Shown piece after piece: positions 1-9,371 of a stretch of 64,000 bases of DNA (position 1 is the first letter of the stretch; every line of letters starts with the position of its first letter). Origin of the DNA: Spirochaetota bacterium (GTDB taxonomy: Bacteria > Spirochaetota > UBA4802 > UBA5550); the NCBI GenBank assembly GCA_050298055.1, contig JBNKTL010000020.1, forward strand, positions 22,265 through 86,264, read 5' to 3'. Below the pieces are notes generated by a model, which saw only the letters and a list, made by a program, of their open reading frames with translations, was not told where the DNA came from and did no database searches. The translations under genes and the position numbers were made by a program.

Positions 1-1
1 A

Positions 2-451
2 CAGAGAATACTGAGAGGTCTTGAAGTATTCAGGTTTACCGGAAGGCCTATCAGCAGTTTCTATGATACCGTATCCGGGCATGAATCTGCAGAGACGCTC
101 TATATCGGAATTGGTATGGAGAGGGCCCTTTTAAGGGAGAGGATCAGCAGCAGGGTCGACCAGATGATTGCCAGGGGACTGGTTGCCGAGGTGGAATCTC
201 TGCACAATAGGGGGTTCGGCCCGGACCTCAAATCCATGCGTTCTATTGGATATGCTGAGATAAGTCAGTACCTCATGGGCGCAATTGATAAAGATGAAGC
301 TGTAAACAGGATGAAACTTGAGACAGGCAGGTATGCTAAAAGGCAGATGACCTGGTTTCGAAGGAATAAAAAAATAGAATGGTTCAATCATGAAGAAACC
401 GGTCCGCTGGGGAAACTTGTGGATGGCTGGCTGAAAGAGTCGGCTGTTTGA
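2..451 (+). CDS. miaA: tRNA dimethylallyltransferase, C-terminal part (5' truncated by window)
   Basis: Frame is open from base 2 (QRILRGLEVF...). Motifs RI..RVD.MI..GL..EV, SIGY.E and YAKRQMTWFR; directly upstream of hfq. Confidence 0.95.
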   Translation, partial: QRILRGLEVFRFTGRPISSFYDTVSGHESAETLYIGIGMERALLRERISSRVDQMIARGLVAEVESLHNRGFGPDLKSMRSIGYAEISQYLMGAIDKDEAVNRMKLETGRYAKRQMTWFRRNKKIEWFNHEETGPLGKLVDGWLKESAV

Positions 452-531
452 TCACGTTAAACCTGTTAACGGCAAATACAGATAGACCGGTTAACCGGAA
501 ATAAAAAAAAATACGTAAAAGGTTTATTATT

Positions 532-777
532 ATGGCGAAACAATCAAGCTCACTGCAGGACATTTTTTTGAATACTGCCAGAAAGGAAAAGATAGATATC
601 ACTATCTATCTTATGAATGGGGTTCCGATCAAAGGAAGAGTACTCAGTTTCGATACTTTCACAATTTTACTGGATGTTGATAAAAAGCAGAACCTTATAT
701 ATAAACATGCAGTATCAACACTGGCGCCGACAAAGCCGATTTCATATAAGTTGGATGAGAACCATAGTGAGGTTTAA
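532..777 (+). CDS. hfq: RNA chaperone Hfq
   Basis: LQDIFLN, IYLMNGVPIKG, FDTFTILL and LIYKHAVST motifs; miaA-hfq synteny. Confidence 0.97.
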   Translation: MAKQSSSLQDIFLNTARKEKIDITIYLMNGVPIKGRVLSFDTFTILLDVDKKQNLIYKHAVSTLAPTKPISYKLDENHSEV

Positions 778-854
778 TTTCTGATTTATAATAATTTTGT
801 CTGCACCTACTGTTCAATAACAGTGGGTGCGGCTTTTGTGAGATCCTGTTTATT

Positions 855-1748
855 ATGAAGAAGTTTTTTATATTTTTCCTGTTTCTGATAATCATCGCAT
901 TATCGGGCTACCTTTATCTTTTTGCGGTTAAAACACCGGGAGAATGTAGGGTAGGTGTTGTGGAAGATCTCCGAAACCGGAAAGTCGTAAAGGTGTTTGC
1001 CGGGGATAAGCGTTTTATCTGGCAGGGTGCCATGCCCTGGTGGTTTTCAACATATGATATCTCCCTGAAAAGGAATGTGGAATATAATATCACCGTGTAT
1101 CCGCCTCCCCTGGAAAAGTTGAAGAAAAGCTCTTATGAGATCAGGCTGCTTTATAATGTCAGTTATAAAATTGATCCCGAGCGGTATATTGACACTGTCA
1201 ATTCAGGCAGGAGTTCCGATGATATTGACAAAATAATCAGTTCATTTCTCAGGGAGATTTCTGCAAAAGTCGTCTTCAGATACTATGTTCCTCTCTACAG
1301 GGCAGATTTTCTTTCAAGGGAAAAAGACACAATCGTAAAGGAGGTCTCTGCCAGCCTGAAAGCAAAATATGAGAATCTTGTCGGTGAAATGACAGGCATG
1401 AGTCTTACCGGGGATATTGAGTATCCGGACAGGGCTGTATACAACGAGGGAAAAGCTTATATCAAAGAACTTAGAAAGCTGGACCGGGAAAACGAGAAGG
1501 AACTGAGAAGAGTAAAAAACAGGCTTGAGCAGGTAAGGGTAGAGGAAGAGGACCGGTATAAGAACTACCGGGAAATGTCGAAGATAATTCAGGAAAATCC
1601 GGATATTTTAAAATATATTTATATTGACAAAATTGGGGGCAACGTAAAAGTAATCATTTCATCGGATTCGGGTTATCCCTTGAATCTTGAGAGTAAAACC
1701 GGTAAAAGCAGCCGGCAGACTAAAGGTGAGATTAACAATCTCAGGTAG
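855..1748 (+). CDS. Membrane-anchored protein, possibly SPFH/band-7-like
   Basis: N-terminal TM helix, coiled coil, and C-terminal NPDILKYIYIDKIGGNVKVII resembling SPFH tails. Confidence 0.55.
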   Translation: MKKFFIFFLFLIIIALSGYLYLFAVKTPGECRVGVVEDLRNRKVVKVFAGDKRFIWQGAMPWWFSTYDISLKRNVEYNITVYPPPLEKLKKSSYEIRLLYNVSYKIDPERYIDTVNSGRSSDDIDKIISSFLREISAKVVFRYYVPLYRADFLSREKDTIVKEVSASLKAKYENLVGEMTGMSLTGDIEYPDRAVYNEGKAYIKELRKLDRENEKELRRVKNRLEQVRVEEEDRYKNYREMSKIIQENPDILKYIYIDKIGGNVKVIISSDSGYPLNLESKTGKSSRQTKGEINNLR

Positions 1749-1802
1749 TTTTTCTGATGCCGACCTGCTGTATATGAACACTAGTAATAAGAGGAGAGAT
1801 TT

Positions 1803-1898
1803 ATGCCTTGTGGTAAGAAAAAAAAGAGAAAAAAGATCGCTAATCATAAGAGAAAGAAAAGAAGAAGACAAAATCGGCATAAGAAGAAATTAACCTAA
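1803..1898 (+). CDS. Small basic ribosomal protein, bS22/mS38 (AURKAIP1/COX24) family, 31 aa
   Basis: Read manually: MPCGKKKKRKKIANHKRKKRRRQNRHKKKLT, with RBS GAGGAG upstream. Matches the MP(C/S)GKK...HKRKK...NRHKK pattern. Confidence 0.9.
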   Translation: MPCGKKKKRKKIANHKRKKRRRQNRHKKKLT

Positions 1899-1958
1899 TA
1901 CTATAACCTGAATGAGATTGGTTAATCGGACTGCCAATCTCATTTGTTATGGAATTTC

Positions 1959-2675
1959 ATGGCAACCATCGATTACAACAGCAGTTTGAGCTATCAGAAT
2001 TCCTGGAAAAGACGTCCTTCTGAGATAAGAGGATACCACAGAACACTCTATTTAACCTCTGATAACAACGATTACCTAAGGGTTGACTACAACCTGAAAG
2101 AGAAACTTGTGCGATTGTATATCGAAGTTGCCGATGAAGGGGGCAATTCATATTATTCTGTCATTAGAAACGGGAAGATAACCGCGGAGAAGAGTGTTGT
2201 AAGCGGCAGGTCCTTCGGTTTTGCCGATAAATTCAGAGAGAGGGCGGAAATCTTCTCGACAATTCCCAACAGGGAAGTTGTTAAGCTCATCAATAGCAAT
2301 TATAATATTACAGGACCCGGGAAGAAAAAAACCCCGCCTTCTGAAAAAAAGAAGATGCTGGAAGATACCCGGAAAAAGTACTTCCGTCCATCTGACAAGA
2401 CCGGGAAAAAATCCACCGGAAATATTGGCCTTTCCCTCAATGAACTGAAGTTTATTGATCTTATAGATGTACTTATTGGCATGGTCATTTCTGCCGGAAT
2501 ATTCATTCTCCTGAAGTACGATTATATTGCGCTGGGTGTTGTTGCTTCATTTTACGGCATATCCATTGGACTTATTGACATGGCCTTCCGGGGAAGACCT
2601 CCAATAATATTAAAAATGGTCCTCTTTCTCTTTGCAGGTGTCTTCATTTATATCTACGGTTATTTTTTCCCGTAG
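1959..2675 (+). CDS. Hypothetical protein with C-terminal transmembrane helices
   Basis: Long ORF with a soluble N-domain and about 3 C-terminal hydrophobic helices. ATG 1959 chosen over TTG 1944. Confidence 0.7.
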   Translation: MATIDYNSSLSYQNSWKRRPSEIRGYHRTLYLTSDNNDYLRVDYNLKEKLVRLYIEVADEGGNSYYSVIRNGKITAEKSVVSGRSFGFADKFRERAEIFSTIPNREVVKLINSNYNITGPGKKKTPPSEKKKMLEDTRKKYFRPSDKTGKKSTGNIGLSLNELKFIDLIDVLIGMVISAGIFILLKYDYIALGVVASFYGISIGLIDMAFRGRPPIILKMVLFLFAGVFIYIYGYFFP

Positions 2676-2792
2676 GGGGAAATGTCTCACCTTTCTTTTC
2701 GCGGGAAATAAATCGTCCCGTCCTTTTTCCCTTTTTTTCAATTTTATACTTGATTAGTTTATTCACTGTTTTATATTATGTGATGTTTAATG

Positions 2793-2924
2793 GTAACTCA
2801 GTTATGGAGAGAAATCATATTCATTGAAAAATAACTGGTATGTCCCCGCCGCCTTCGGCGGCGGGGACATATTACTTATGTTTTAGTAAATATATTTATT
2901 TTATCCATATAGCTGAGTAGTAAT
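2793..2924 (+). mobile_element. MITE-like palindromic element, copy 1
   Basis: Ends GTAACTCAG...CTGAGTAGTAAT; central hairpin 2839-2871. Flanks GTTTAATG / GTTTAATT give a 7/8 duplication. Confidence 0.85.
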
Positions 2925-3015
2925 GTTTAATTAATCAGCTACATGGCTATTCTTAAACATTGTCTAAAATGCATTAACCTGAAAAATATCTCCGGGATGA
3001 AAAGGGAACAACTCA

Positions 3016-3480
3016 ATGGCTAATAAAGTGGAAACCACAACAACAGCGCTGCAGATAGTCTGTTTTAAGATAGGAAAAGAAGAGTACGGAATTGATATAT
3101 TAAAAGTGCAGGAGATATTGAAACTTCCAAAGGTGACAAAGCTTCCAAAATCTCAGGAATATATTATCGGTGTTATCGACCTCAGGGGAAAAGTTATTCC
3201 CATAACAGACCTCAGTAAAAAATTCGGGACCGAATCGGGAAAGCTTGATGAAAGCAGCCGTGCAATTGTTGTTGATATTGAAGGAAAGAAGGTTGGACTG
3301 GCTATTGACTCGGTAAGTCATGTGATCAAGATCAAGCAGGAAGATATCGAACCTCCACCGCCAATCGTTAAAGGTATATCCGGAAAGTATATTGTTGGCA
3401 TAGCCAAGCTTGAGAACAGTTTTGTGGTGATCCTTGATATCAGCAAGATCTTCTCTTCACAGGAACTCAGGGCCCTTTAG
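3016..3480 (+). CDS. cheW: Chemotaxis coupling protein CheW
   Basis: FKIGKEEYGIDILKVQEI, GVIDLRGKVIP and VGLAIDSV motifs. Confidence 0.95.
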   Translation: MANKVETTTTALQIVCFKIGKEEYGIDILKVQEILKLPKVTKLPKSQEYIIGVIDLRGKVIPITDLSKKFGTESGKLDESSRAIVVDIEGKKVGLAIDSVSHVIKIKQEDIEPPPPIVKGISGKYIVGIAKLENSFVVILDISKIFSSQELRAL

Positions 3481-3481
3481 A

Positions 3482-4654
3482 TTAATATGATGCTATCAGG
3501 ATAGATTCTATCTCACTGGCATTGAGCTGCCGGGGCGTGTTCTCGTTAAAGGGGTAGGATATGGCAAGCTTAGCAATATCCTTTAATGCAGTTTTCGGTA
3601 AATCATATTGTGAGAGTCTCTGCGGAATGTTTATATCGAGCTCAAGTTTTCTAATTGCTTCAACTGCCTTGATAGCAGCTTCAATGACGGTTATATCCCT
3701 GACATCTTCTCCCATAACCTTTGACATCTGCACATATTTTCCCGGTGAAGATGTCAGGTTAAATTCCATAATATGCGGGAGAATGACACTCATTGCGCTC
3801 TCAATATCCATATCGGTTACTGATGAAATGGCAAGAGATATTGAGAGTGTAACTGATAGATAGGCAATTGCAAAAGTGATTCCGGACATAACCGACGCAG
3901 TAGAGAGGTAAGTCCGGGGATTGGGATTTTGAAGATCCCTGTAAGAAAGGGGGAGGTTCCTGAAGATCAGGTCAATTGATTTGAGCGCATATGTATTTAT
4001 GATGTCATTGTTCATGGTTGATATTACTGATTCCGTTGATATTGCCAGCGTACTCAGTGATGACTTCATGGACAGATCTTCATCAATCTTTGTGGATATT
4101 ACAGGGTCAACGATTGTTGCCACCGGGTAGAGGGATTCATGATAGTACGTTTTGTTTGTGGCATGGTGTATCTCCTTCATGAAGAGAACCGGGGCAATTT
4201 CAAAACCGTATACCGGGTATGCAGGCATTGTAATCAGAGAGACCGGCGGATTATATAATTCGGGTTTTGTCAACAGGTCGTAACAGAAGATATAGTTGTT
4301 AATGAGCAGAGCAATCAGTTTCCCGGCATTTATTGAGTGGACTCCCCCCAGCCCGATTACCAGGTCACAGTTTGTTTTTTTTATGAATGAAACCGCAAGA
4401 TCAATATCTTCCGTGTTGGGCATTGCAGGAAGCTGATCGTACACAATACACCCGATATCAGCTCCCTTGAGGAGACGGGTTATCGTATCAACACTATCAT
4501 GGAAAAGGCCAAGGTCTTCCGATGTAATAACAATAATTACCCGTGAACCGTATTTAGATATAATCTGATCAACCTCCTCCAGAATATTCTGCCGGATATA
4601 GATCTCTGTTGGAAGATGAAAGTCGGGTTTTATGCCCTCAATGGTTCTGTTCAT
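3482..4654 (-). CDS. Iron-containing alcohol dehydrogenase-fold protein with degenerate metal ligands
   Basis: Fe-ADH layout (CDLVIGLGG, P.ATIVDP, ILPHIMEFN, IPQRLS, NTPR). ATG 4654 follows AGGGG. Confidence 0.8.
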   Translation of the reverse strand: MNRTIEGIKPDFHLPTEIYIRQNILEEVDQIISKYGSRVIIVITSEDLGLFHDSVDTITRLLKGADIGCIVYDQLPAMPNTEDIDLAVSFIKKTNCDLVIGLGGVHSINAGKLIALLINNYIFCYDLLTKPELYNPPVSLITMPAYPVYGFEIAPVLFMKEIHHATNKTYYHESLYPVATIVDPVISTKIDEDLSMKSSLSTLAISTESVISTMNNDIINTYALKSIDLIFRNLPLSYRDLQNPNPRTYLSTASVMSGITFAIAYLSVTLSISLAISSVTDMDIESAMSVILPHIMEFNLTSSPGKYVQMSKVMGEDVRDITVIEAAIKAVEAIRKLELDINIPQRLSQYDLPKTALKDIAKLAISYPFNENTPRQLNASEIESILIASY

Positions 4655-4764
4655 AGTCCCCTGCGGTGCTGACAAGCCATAAAAAGAGCGGACATAAAAT
4701 CACTATCTCCGCTCTCCATGAATCACTCAGCATCAAATAATTTAGTGAACTAATTCAATCTCAG

Positions 4765-5055
4765 TTACCTCAGAAGGAAATTAGCAATTCTATCAGCTAC
4801 CAGTTCAAGTACTTTGGAATCATTAAAGTCATAGGAGCCGTTAGCAATTTTTTCCTTTATTTCTTTGACTTTTTCAGTCCTTACATCTGAAGCCTGGGTA
4901 ATAAGCTGAGCATCTTTTGCAATTTCAGCAGCTTTTTTACCTTCAGAGGATATCTGTATGGAATCATTCTTCTTGGTTTCTTTTGCACCAGGAGATGGTT
5001 TTGTCTTCTTTGGCTCAACAATGTTATTTACATTTCCTATCTTATTGATAACCAT
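4765..5055 (-). CDS. flgM: Anti-sigma-28 factor FlgM
   Basis: DSIQIS and DVRTEKVKEIKEKIANGSY motifs; sigma28 promoter upstream. Confidence 0.9.
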   Translation of the reverse strand: MVINKIGNVNNIVEPKKTKPSPGAKETKKNDSIQISSEGKKAAEIAKDAQLITQASDVRTEKVKEIKEKIANGSYDFNDSKVLELVADRIANFLLR

Positions 5056-5086
5056 AATAATTTAACCCTTTTATTTTCTGTTTTAA

Positions 5087-5113
5087 TTATCGGTAAAAAA
5101 CAGCAAATCTTTA
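5087..5113 (-). promoter_or_regulatory. Sigma-28 (FliA) promoter of flgM
   Basis: Minus strand reads TAAA-N15-ACCGATAA against consensus TAAA-N15-GCCGATAA. Confidence 0.85.
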
Positions 5114-5179
5114 ATGAAAAGTTCTCTCTTTTTCACATATAGAAGTTACAAAAACGCACTTTATTTTTCAAGTATTATT

Positions 5180-5863
5180 TTATCTCTCATGATTTAAAAC
5201 GGCAATTGTAAACTCTCCCTTTTCCCTTATTTCATCGCTGTTTTCCCATAATTCTTCCGCTGTTCCCGTATAAAACTCCTCAAAAAGTTTGGTCATCTCT
5301 CTTCCGATTATCATTCTGTTTCCGGGAAATATTTCGGCGAGAATTTTCAGAAGTTTTTTAATCCTGTAGGGTGATTCATATATCACAAGAATACCCTTGA
5401 AACTTCTGAGTTCAAGGAGTTCCCGTTTCATTTTTCCCTCTTTTTTACTTAAAAATCCTGTAAAGATAAGCCTCTTTTCGGGAAAGCCTGCAACTGAAAT
5501 GATTGATGTCAATGCCGAGGGACCCGGTATGGGGACAATGTGTATGTTCATTGATCGCGCCCTGCTCACAAGCCTGCTCCCCGGATCAGAAATCGAGGGT
5601 GTTCCCGAGTCGGTAAGATATGCCGCGTTTTTCCCTTCGCTTATCTGTCTGCAGATATTATCAATTTTTCTATCACCGGTATGTGAGTGAAGGGAAGTCT
5701 TTGTTTTTTTTATGGAGAAATTGTTCAGGAGTTTACCGCTCTGTCTTGTGTCTTCACAGATGATAATATCAGCCTCCTCTTTGAGAATTTTTACCGCCCT
5801 GAAACTGATATCGTCCATATTCCCTATGGGAGTTGCAACAATGTAGAGTTTTCCTTTATTCAT
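5180..5863 (-). CDS. rsmI: 16S rRNA (C1402-2'-O)-methyltransferase
   Basis: LYIVATPIGN, CEDTR, DSGTPSISDPG, YESPYR and REMTKLFEE motifs. Confidence 0.97.
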   Translation of the reverse strand: MNKGKLYIVATPIGNMDDISFRAVKILKEEADIIICEDTRQSGKLLNNFSIKKTKTSLHSHTGDRKIDNICRQISEGKNAAYLTDSGTPSISDPGSRLVSRARSMNIHIVPIPGPSALTSIISVAGFPEKRLIFTGFLSKKEGKMKRELLELRSFKGILVIYESPYRIKKLLKILAEIFPGNRMIIGREMTKLFEEFYTGTAEELWENSDEIREKGEFTIAVLNHER

Positions 5864-5905
5864 GGTGATAAATAGTAATTAACTGCTGATCAGTGTAAAG
5901 AAATA

Positions 5906-5983
5906 TTTTGTTCCGAAGGTCCCGAAGGCGGGGTCCCTAAGGGGGGGTCCCGTGACCCCGCCTTCGGGACCTTCGGGATAAAA
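5906..5983. repeat. GC-rich inverted repeat (23-bp perfect arms, 18-nt loop) between divergent rsmI and tgt
   Basis: CCGAAGGTCCCGAAGGCGGGGTC (5913-5935) is the exact reverse complement of 5954-5976. Confidence 0.9.
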
Positions 5984-6053
5984 CTCTTTTTATTCTTGTC
6001 ATAATACCGGTCCTTCTGTCACTTGATACTTCTATTATAAAGGAAAAATCATT

Positions 6054-7166
6054 ATGTTTTTTAAAGTATTATCAACAAACAGCGGTTCCTCCGCGCGGAG
6101 GGGTGTACTTAATACAAAAAGGGGAAGGGTCAATACTCCCGCATTCATGCCTGTTGCCACAAGGGGAACAATAAGGGCAATGGGTTTCCGGGAGCTTGAT
6201 GAGATAGGATTTGAAATGCTCCTTTCAAATACCTATCATATGTATATCAGGCCGGGGCTGGATGTTCTCACAAAGGCAGGAGGACTGAACAATTTTATGA
6301 ATTACCACAGGCCTCTCCTTACTGATTCCGGCGGTTTCCAGGTTTTCTCCCTGGCGGATCTGTGTAAAATTTTTGACCACGGCGTTGAGTTTCGGTCGCA
6401 CCTTGACGGCTCAAAACATCTTTTCACTCCCGAGAAGGTCCTGGATATACAGAGAGTGATCGGTTCGGATATTATGATGGTTCTGGACCAATGTACCGAG
6501 TTTCCCCTTTCAGAGGAAAAAGCAAGGGAGGCTCTTGAGAGGACCGTAAACTGGGCGGAGGACTCGGTTCATTACTGGAAAAAAAGCTTTGATACGGATG
6601 CACAGAAACTCTTTGCCATTGTCCAGGGAAGTGTCTATAAGGACCTCAGGAGAGAGTGTGCTGAAAGACTTGTTCATCTGGATTACCCCGGTTATGCTGT
6701 GGGGGGGTTGTCTGTGGGTGAACCGAAAGGTCTCTACCAGGAGATTACCGAACACACCCTGCAGTTTCTTCCCGAAGAGAGGCCGAGGTACATGATGGGA
6801 GTGGGTAGCCCCATGGAGATTCTCTTTGCCGTTAAACAGGGAGTGGACATGTTTGATTGTGTCATGCCCACCAGGATTGCCAGAAACGGTACCCTTTTTA
6901 CAAGCAGCGGCAGGATAAATATTAAGGGAGCCCAGTATGAGACGGACTTCACTCCCCTTGATGAGAACTGTGACTGTTTTGTCTGTAAAACATATACCCG
7001 GGCATACCTCAGGCACATATACAGGATGGGTGAGATCTCGGCTCTTCTTTATACAACCTATCATAACCTTAACTTTATGAAAAAGTTCATGAACGAAATC
7101 CAGGAGAGTATTGAAAAGGGAGAATTTCTCAAGACATATGGAAAATGGGAGAATGTCTATGCTTAA
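6054..7166 (+). CDS. tgt: tRNA-guanine transglycosylase
   Basis: TPAFMPVAT, NTYH, LTDSGGFQVFSL, DMFDCVMPTR and the CDCFVC zinc site. Confidence 0.98.
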   Translation: MFFKVLSTNSGSSARRGVLNTKRGRVNTPAFMPVATRGTIRAMGFRELDEIGFEMLLSNTYHMYIRPGLDVLTKAGGLNNFMNYHRPLLTDSGGFQVFSLADLCKIFDHGVEFRSHLDGSKHLFTPEKVLDIQRVIGSDIMMVLDQCTEFPLSEEKAREALERTVNWAEDSVHYWKKSFDTDAQKLFAIVQGSVYKDLRRECAERLVHLDYPGYAVGGLSVGEPKGLYQEITEHTLQFLPEERPRYMMGVGSPMEILFAVKQGVDMFDCVMPTRIARNGTLFTSSGRINIKGAQYETDFTPLDENCDCFVCKTYTRAYLRHIYRMGEISALLYTTYHNLNFMKKFMNEIQESIEKGEFLKTYGKWENVYA

Positions 7167-7473
7167 TACATTAAATTAAACTTAATTTTTCTCTGCATTT
7201 CCTGGTTCTTTATCCATCTTCATCCTGTAAATCCTGTCTAAAAATCTTTTCCCGGGATTCCGGAAAGAATTAAACATCTTTATATATTGAGTCATAATGG
7301 TTGTTAGTATAAAAATTCATTTTTTTGTCGGATGAAGCAACTAGTGAGAGGGATATTGCCTGAATTGCACAAGGAGTAATAATTAATCTTGACATCAATT
7401 GTAAAAAGAAATAATATTGTCTTACCTATACTTTCAATTACATGTTACCCAATTTCAGGAGGAACTTAAGGTA

Positions 7474-7809
7474 ATGGATATAAATACAAGATCAAAGGGT
7501 GATATTGTTATTCTTGATATATCAGGTGAAATTGACCTTTATAATGCGCCGGAAATCAAAGACATTATCAACAAACTGATTGATGAGAAGAAGTACAATG
7601 TAGTTATAAATCTTGAAGAAGTTTCCTATATTGATTCCTCCGGAATAGGAGCGCTTATATCGAGCCTTTCCAATTTAAAAAAATACCAGGGTGGTTTGAA
7701 GATCATTAATGTTTTTGCCTCTGTAAGAAAGGTATTTGAGCTGACGAAGCTAACATCCTTTTTTGAAATATTCGATTCGGAAGATGAAGCGATTAATTCT
7801 TTTGCATAG
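7474..7809 (+). CDS. STAS-domain anti-sigma factor antagonist
   Basis: GEIDLYNAP and YIDSSGIGAL motifs; AGGAGG upstream. Confidence 0.93.
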   Translation: MDINTRSKGDIVILDISGEIDLYNAPEIKDIINKLIDEKKYNVVINLEEVSYIDSSGIGALISSLSNLKKYQGGLKIINVFASVRKVFELTKLTSFFEIFDSEDEAINSFA

Positions 7810-7870
7810 TTTTTTGAGCATCTCATTTTTTTTTCCAGGTTTTAATTATCAATTAATAAAGAGGACAATT

Positions 7871-9073
7871 ATGAGGTTTATTACGAAAAGCACTCTTATC
7901 TTAATTTCTACTGTAATTATGCTGGTCAGTTGTGGCGAACCCATCCCCATAAAGGAGATGGCAATGGCAAGGAAAGAGATTGCCCGTGCAATGTCTGTTA
8001 AAGCTGATAAATACGCTCCCAAGCTGACGGAAGAAGCCACGAATAAGCTCATGGAATGCCATGACTTAATAAAGAAAGATGAACTTGAAAAATGTAAAAA
8101 ATCTGCTGAAGAATCTTCTCAGAAGGCGATAGCAGCATATAACAAGGCCATACCTCTCCTTGCCAAAGATACTATTGAAATAGCGGAAAAGAGCATTGAA
8201 GAGGCGGATAAGGCTTATGCGGAAAAGCTTGCCGCCAAAGAATTCCAGTCTTCAAAGGAGCTTCTTGCCAAAGCAAAGGAAGAAAACAATAACAAAAAGT
8301 ACTATGAAGCATATGTTAAGGCACTTGAAGCGGATAAGACGGCAAAGAATGCCAGAAACCAGTCACTGGGGCAGAAGAATATTCTGAAAGAATCCATTGA
8401 TGAGGTGAAGGTTGTTCTGAATAAGGCAAAGGGCTATGAGAAGAGTGATGCTGAATCGGCAAAGATAAGCCTTGCGGAGGAGAACCTCAGGATTGCCGAG
8501 GAGTCCTACAACAACCTCGAACTTAAAAAGGGATTTGCCGCCATAGAGGTGGCAAAAATCAATGCCGATGAAGCGTATATCGGTTCTGCGGGAGCCACCG
8601 CAAAGGAATATGTTGCAAAGGCTGAAACAGGATATGGCAAGGCGGAAGGTTCCGCAGGAGCCTCAGTGGCGGTTGACGAACTGGCTGCTGCAAAGGAATC
8701 CCTTGATAATGCAAAGGCCATGCTTGCAGAATCAAAATTTAATGAATCCATAGAATTTGCCAAAGAGTCATCACGGCTTTCCGCGATTGTCGTGGAAACG
8801 AAAAAAACTGCTGCTACCGGGACAACAGGCCATAAAACCTCCGTCGGGAAGGGAAGCGCATCAGTGAAAGCACCCGGAGAGGATGAGAATTATTACTACT
8901 ACAAGGTGAAGTACAGGGAATCCTTAAAAGATTGTCTCTGGAGAATTGCCGGAAAATATTATAAAAATCCCTGGCTCTGGAAGAAAATCTATGCTGAAAA
9001 CAAGGACCTGATAAGAAATCCTCATTTGATCAAACCGGGATGGATTATCCGTGTGCCAAAATTGAAAAAATAA
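7871..9073 (+). CDS. Coiled-coil LysM lipoprotein (LipL71/LruA-like)
   Basis: Lipobox LVSC, Ala/Lys/Glu helical repeats, C-terminal LysM (DCLWRIAGKYY...NPHLIKPG). Confidence 0.8.
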   Translation: MRFITKSTLILISTVIMLVSCGEPIPIKEMAMARKEIARAMSVKADKYAPKLTEEATNKLMECHDLIKKDELEKCKKSAEESSQKAIAAYNKAIPLLAKDTIEIAEKSIEEADKAYAEKLAAKEFQSSKELLAKAKEENNNKKYYEAYVKALEADKTAKNARNQSLGQKNILKESIDEVKVVLNKAKGYEKSDAESAKISLAEENLRIAEESYNNLELKKGFAAIEVAKINADEAYIGSAGATAKEYVAKAETGYGKAEGSAGASVAVDELAAAKESLDNAKAMLAESKFNESIEFAKESSRLSAIVVETKKTAATGTTGHKTSVGKGSASVKAPGEDENYYYYKVKYRESLKDCLWRIAGKYYKNPWLWKKIYAENKDLIRNPHLIKPGWIIRVPKLKK

Positions 9074-9097
9074 GAGAGAAATATTGTCTCAGGAGTG

Positions 9098-9130
9098 AAG
9101 CGGGAAACGCATAAGGTTCCCGCTTTTTTT
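9098..9130 (+). terminator. Rho-independent terminator
   Basis: AAGCGGGAA / TTCCCGCTT stem followed by a T-run after the LysM gene. Confidence 0.85.
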
Positions 9131-9371
9131 ATGTTAACAATGAAACATAATCCTGCACATAAGACCAATAGTGTATGGGGATAACCGACGCGTCCCGTAG
9201 GTCATTGATGGGGCACATTACGGATATTTTATTAAATTTGTATATTTTAGCTGGAGACGTGAGTAATTTCAAAAAATAATTTTTTTATGTTTGTACTTTT
9301 GTTAAAAAAAAGATAGTATTAGATGTTGACTGATAGATGTTGTTTCTCAATAATATCCATGGTAATATAAA

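Noticed and set aside
1687..1893. 68-aa ORF from the track
   Set aside because: It is a shadow frame overlapping the upstream gene; the real product is the 31-aa ORF at 1803-1898.
2839..2871. Central hairpins as simple intrinsic terminators
   Set aside because: They lack a consistent U-tract, many lie upstream of genes, and homology extends about 50 bp on each side to the terminal repeats.
5913..5976. preQ1 riboswitch upstream of tgt
   Set aside because: It lacks the preQ1 consensus and looks like a plain long inverted repeat.
7222..7241. ATCCTGTAAATCCTGTC short direct repeat
   Set aside because: Single short instance; not enough to call a repeat family from this window.
9170..9260. Sigma-54 promoter upstream of the RpoS-like gene
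   Set aside because: GGGGCAC is present but there is no GC at the -12 position.
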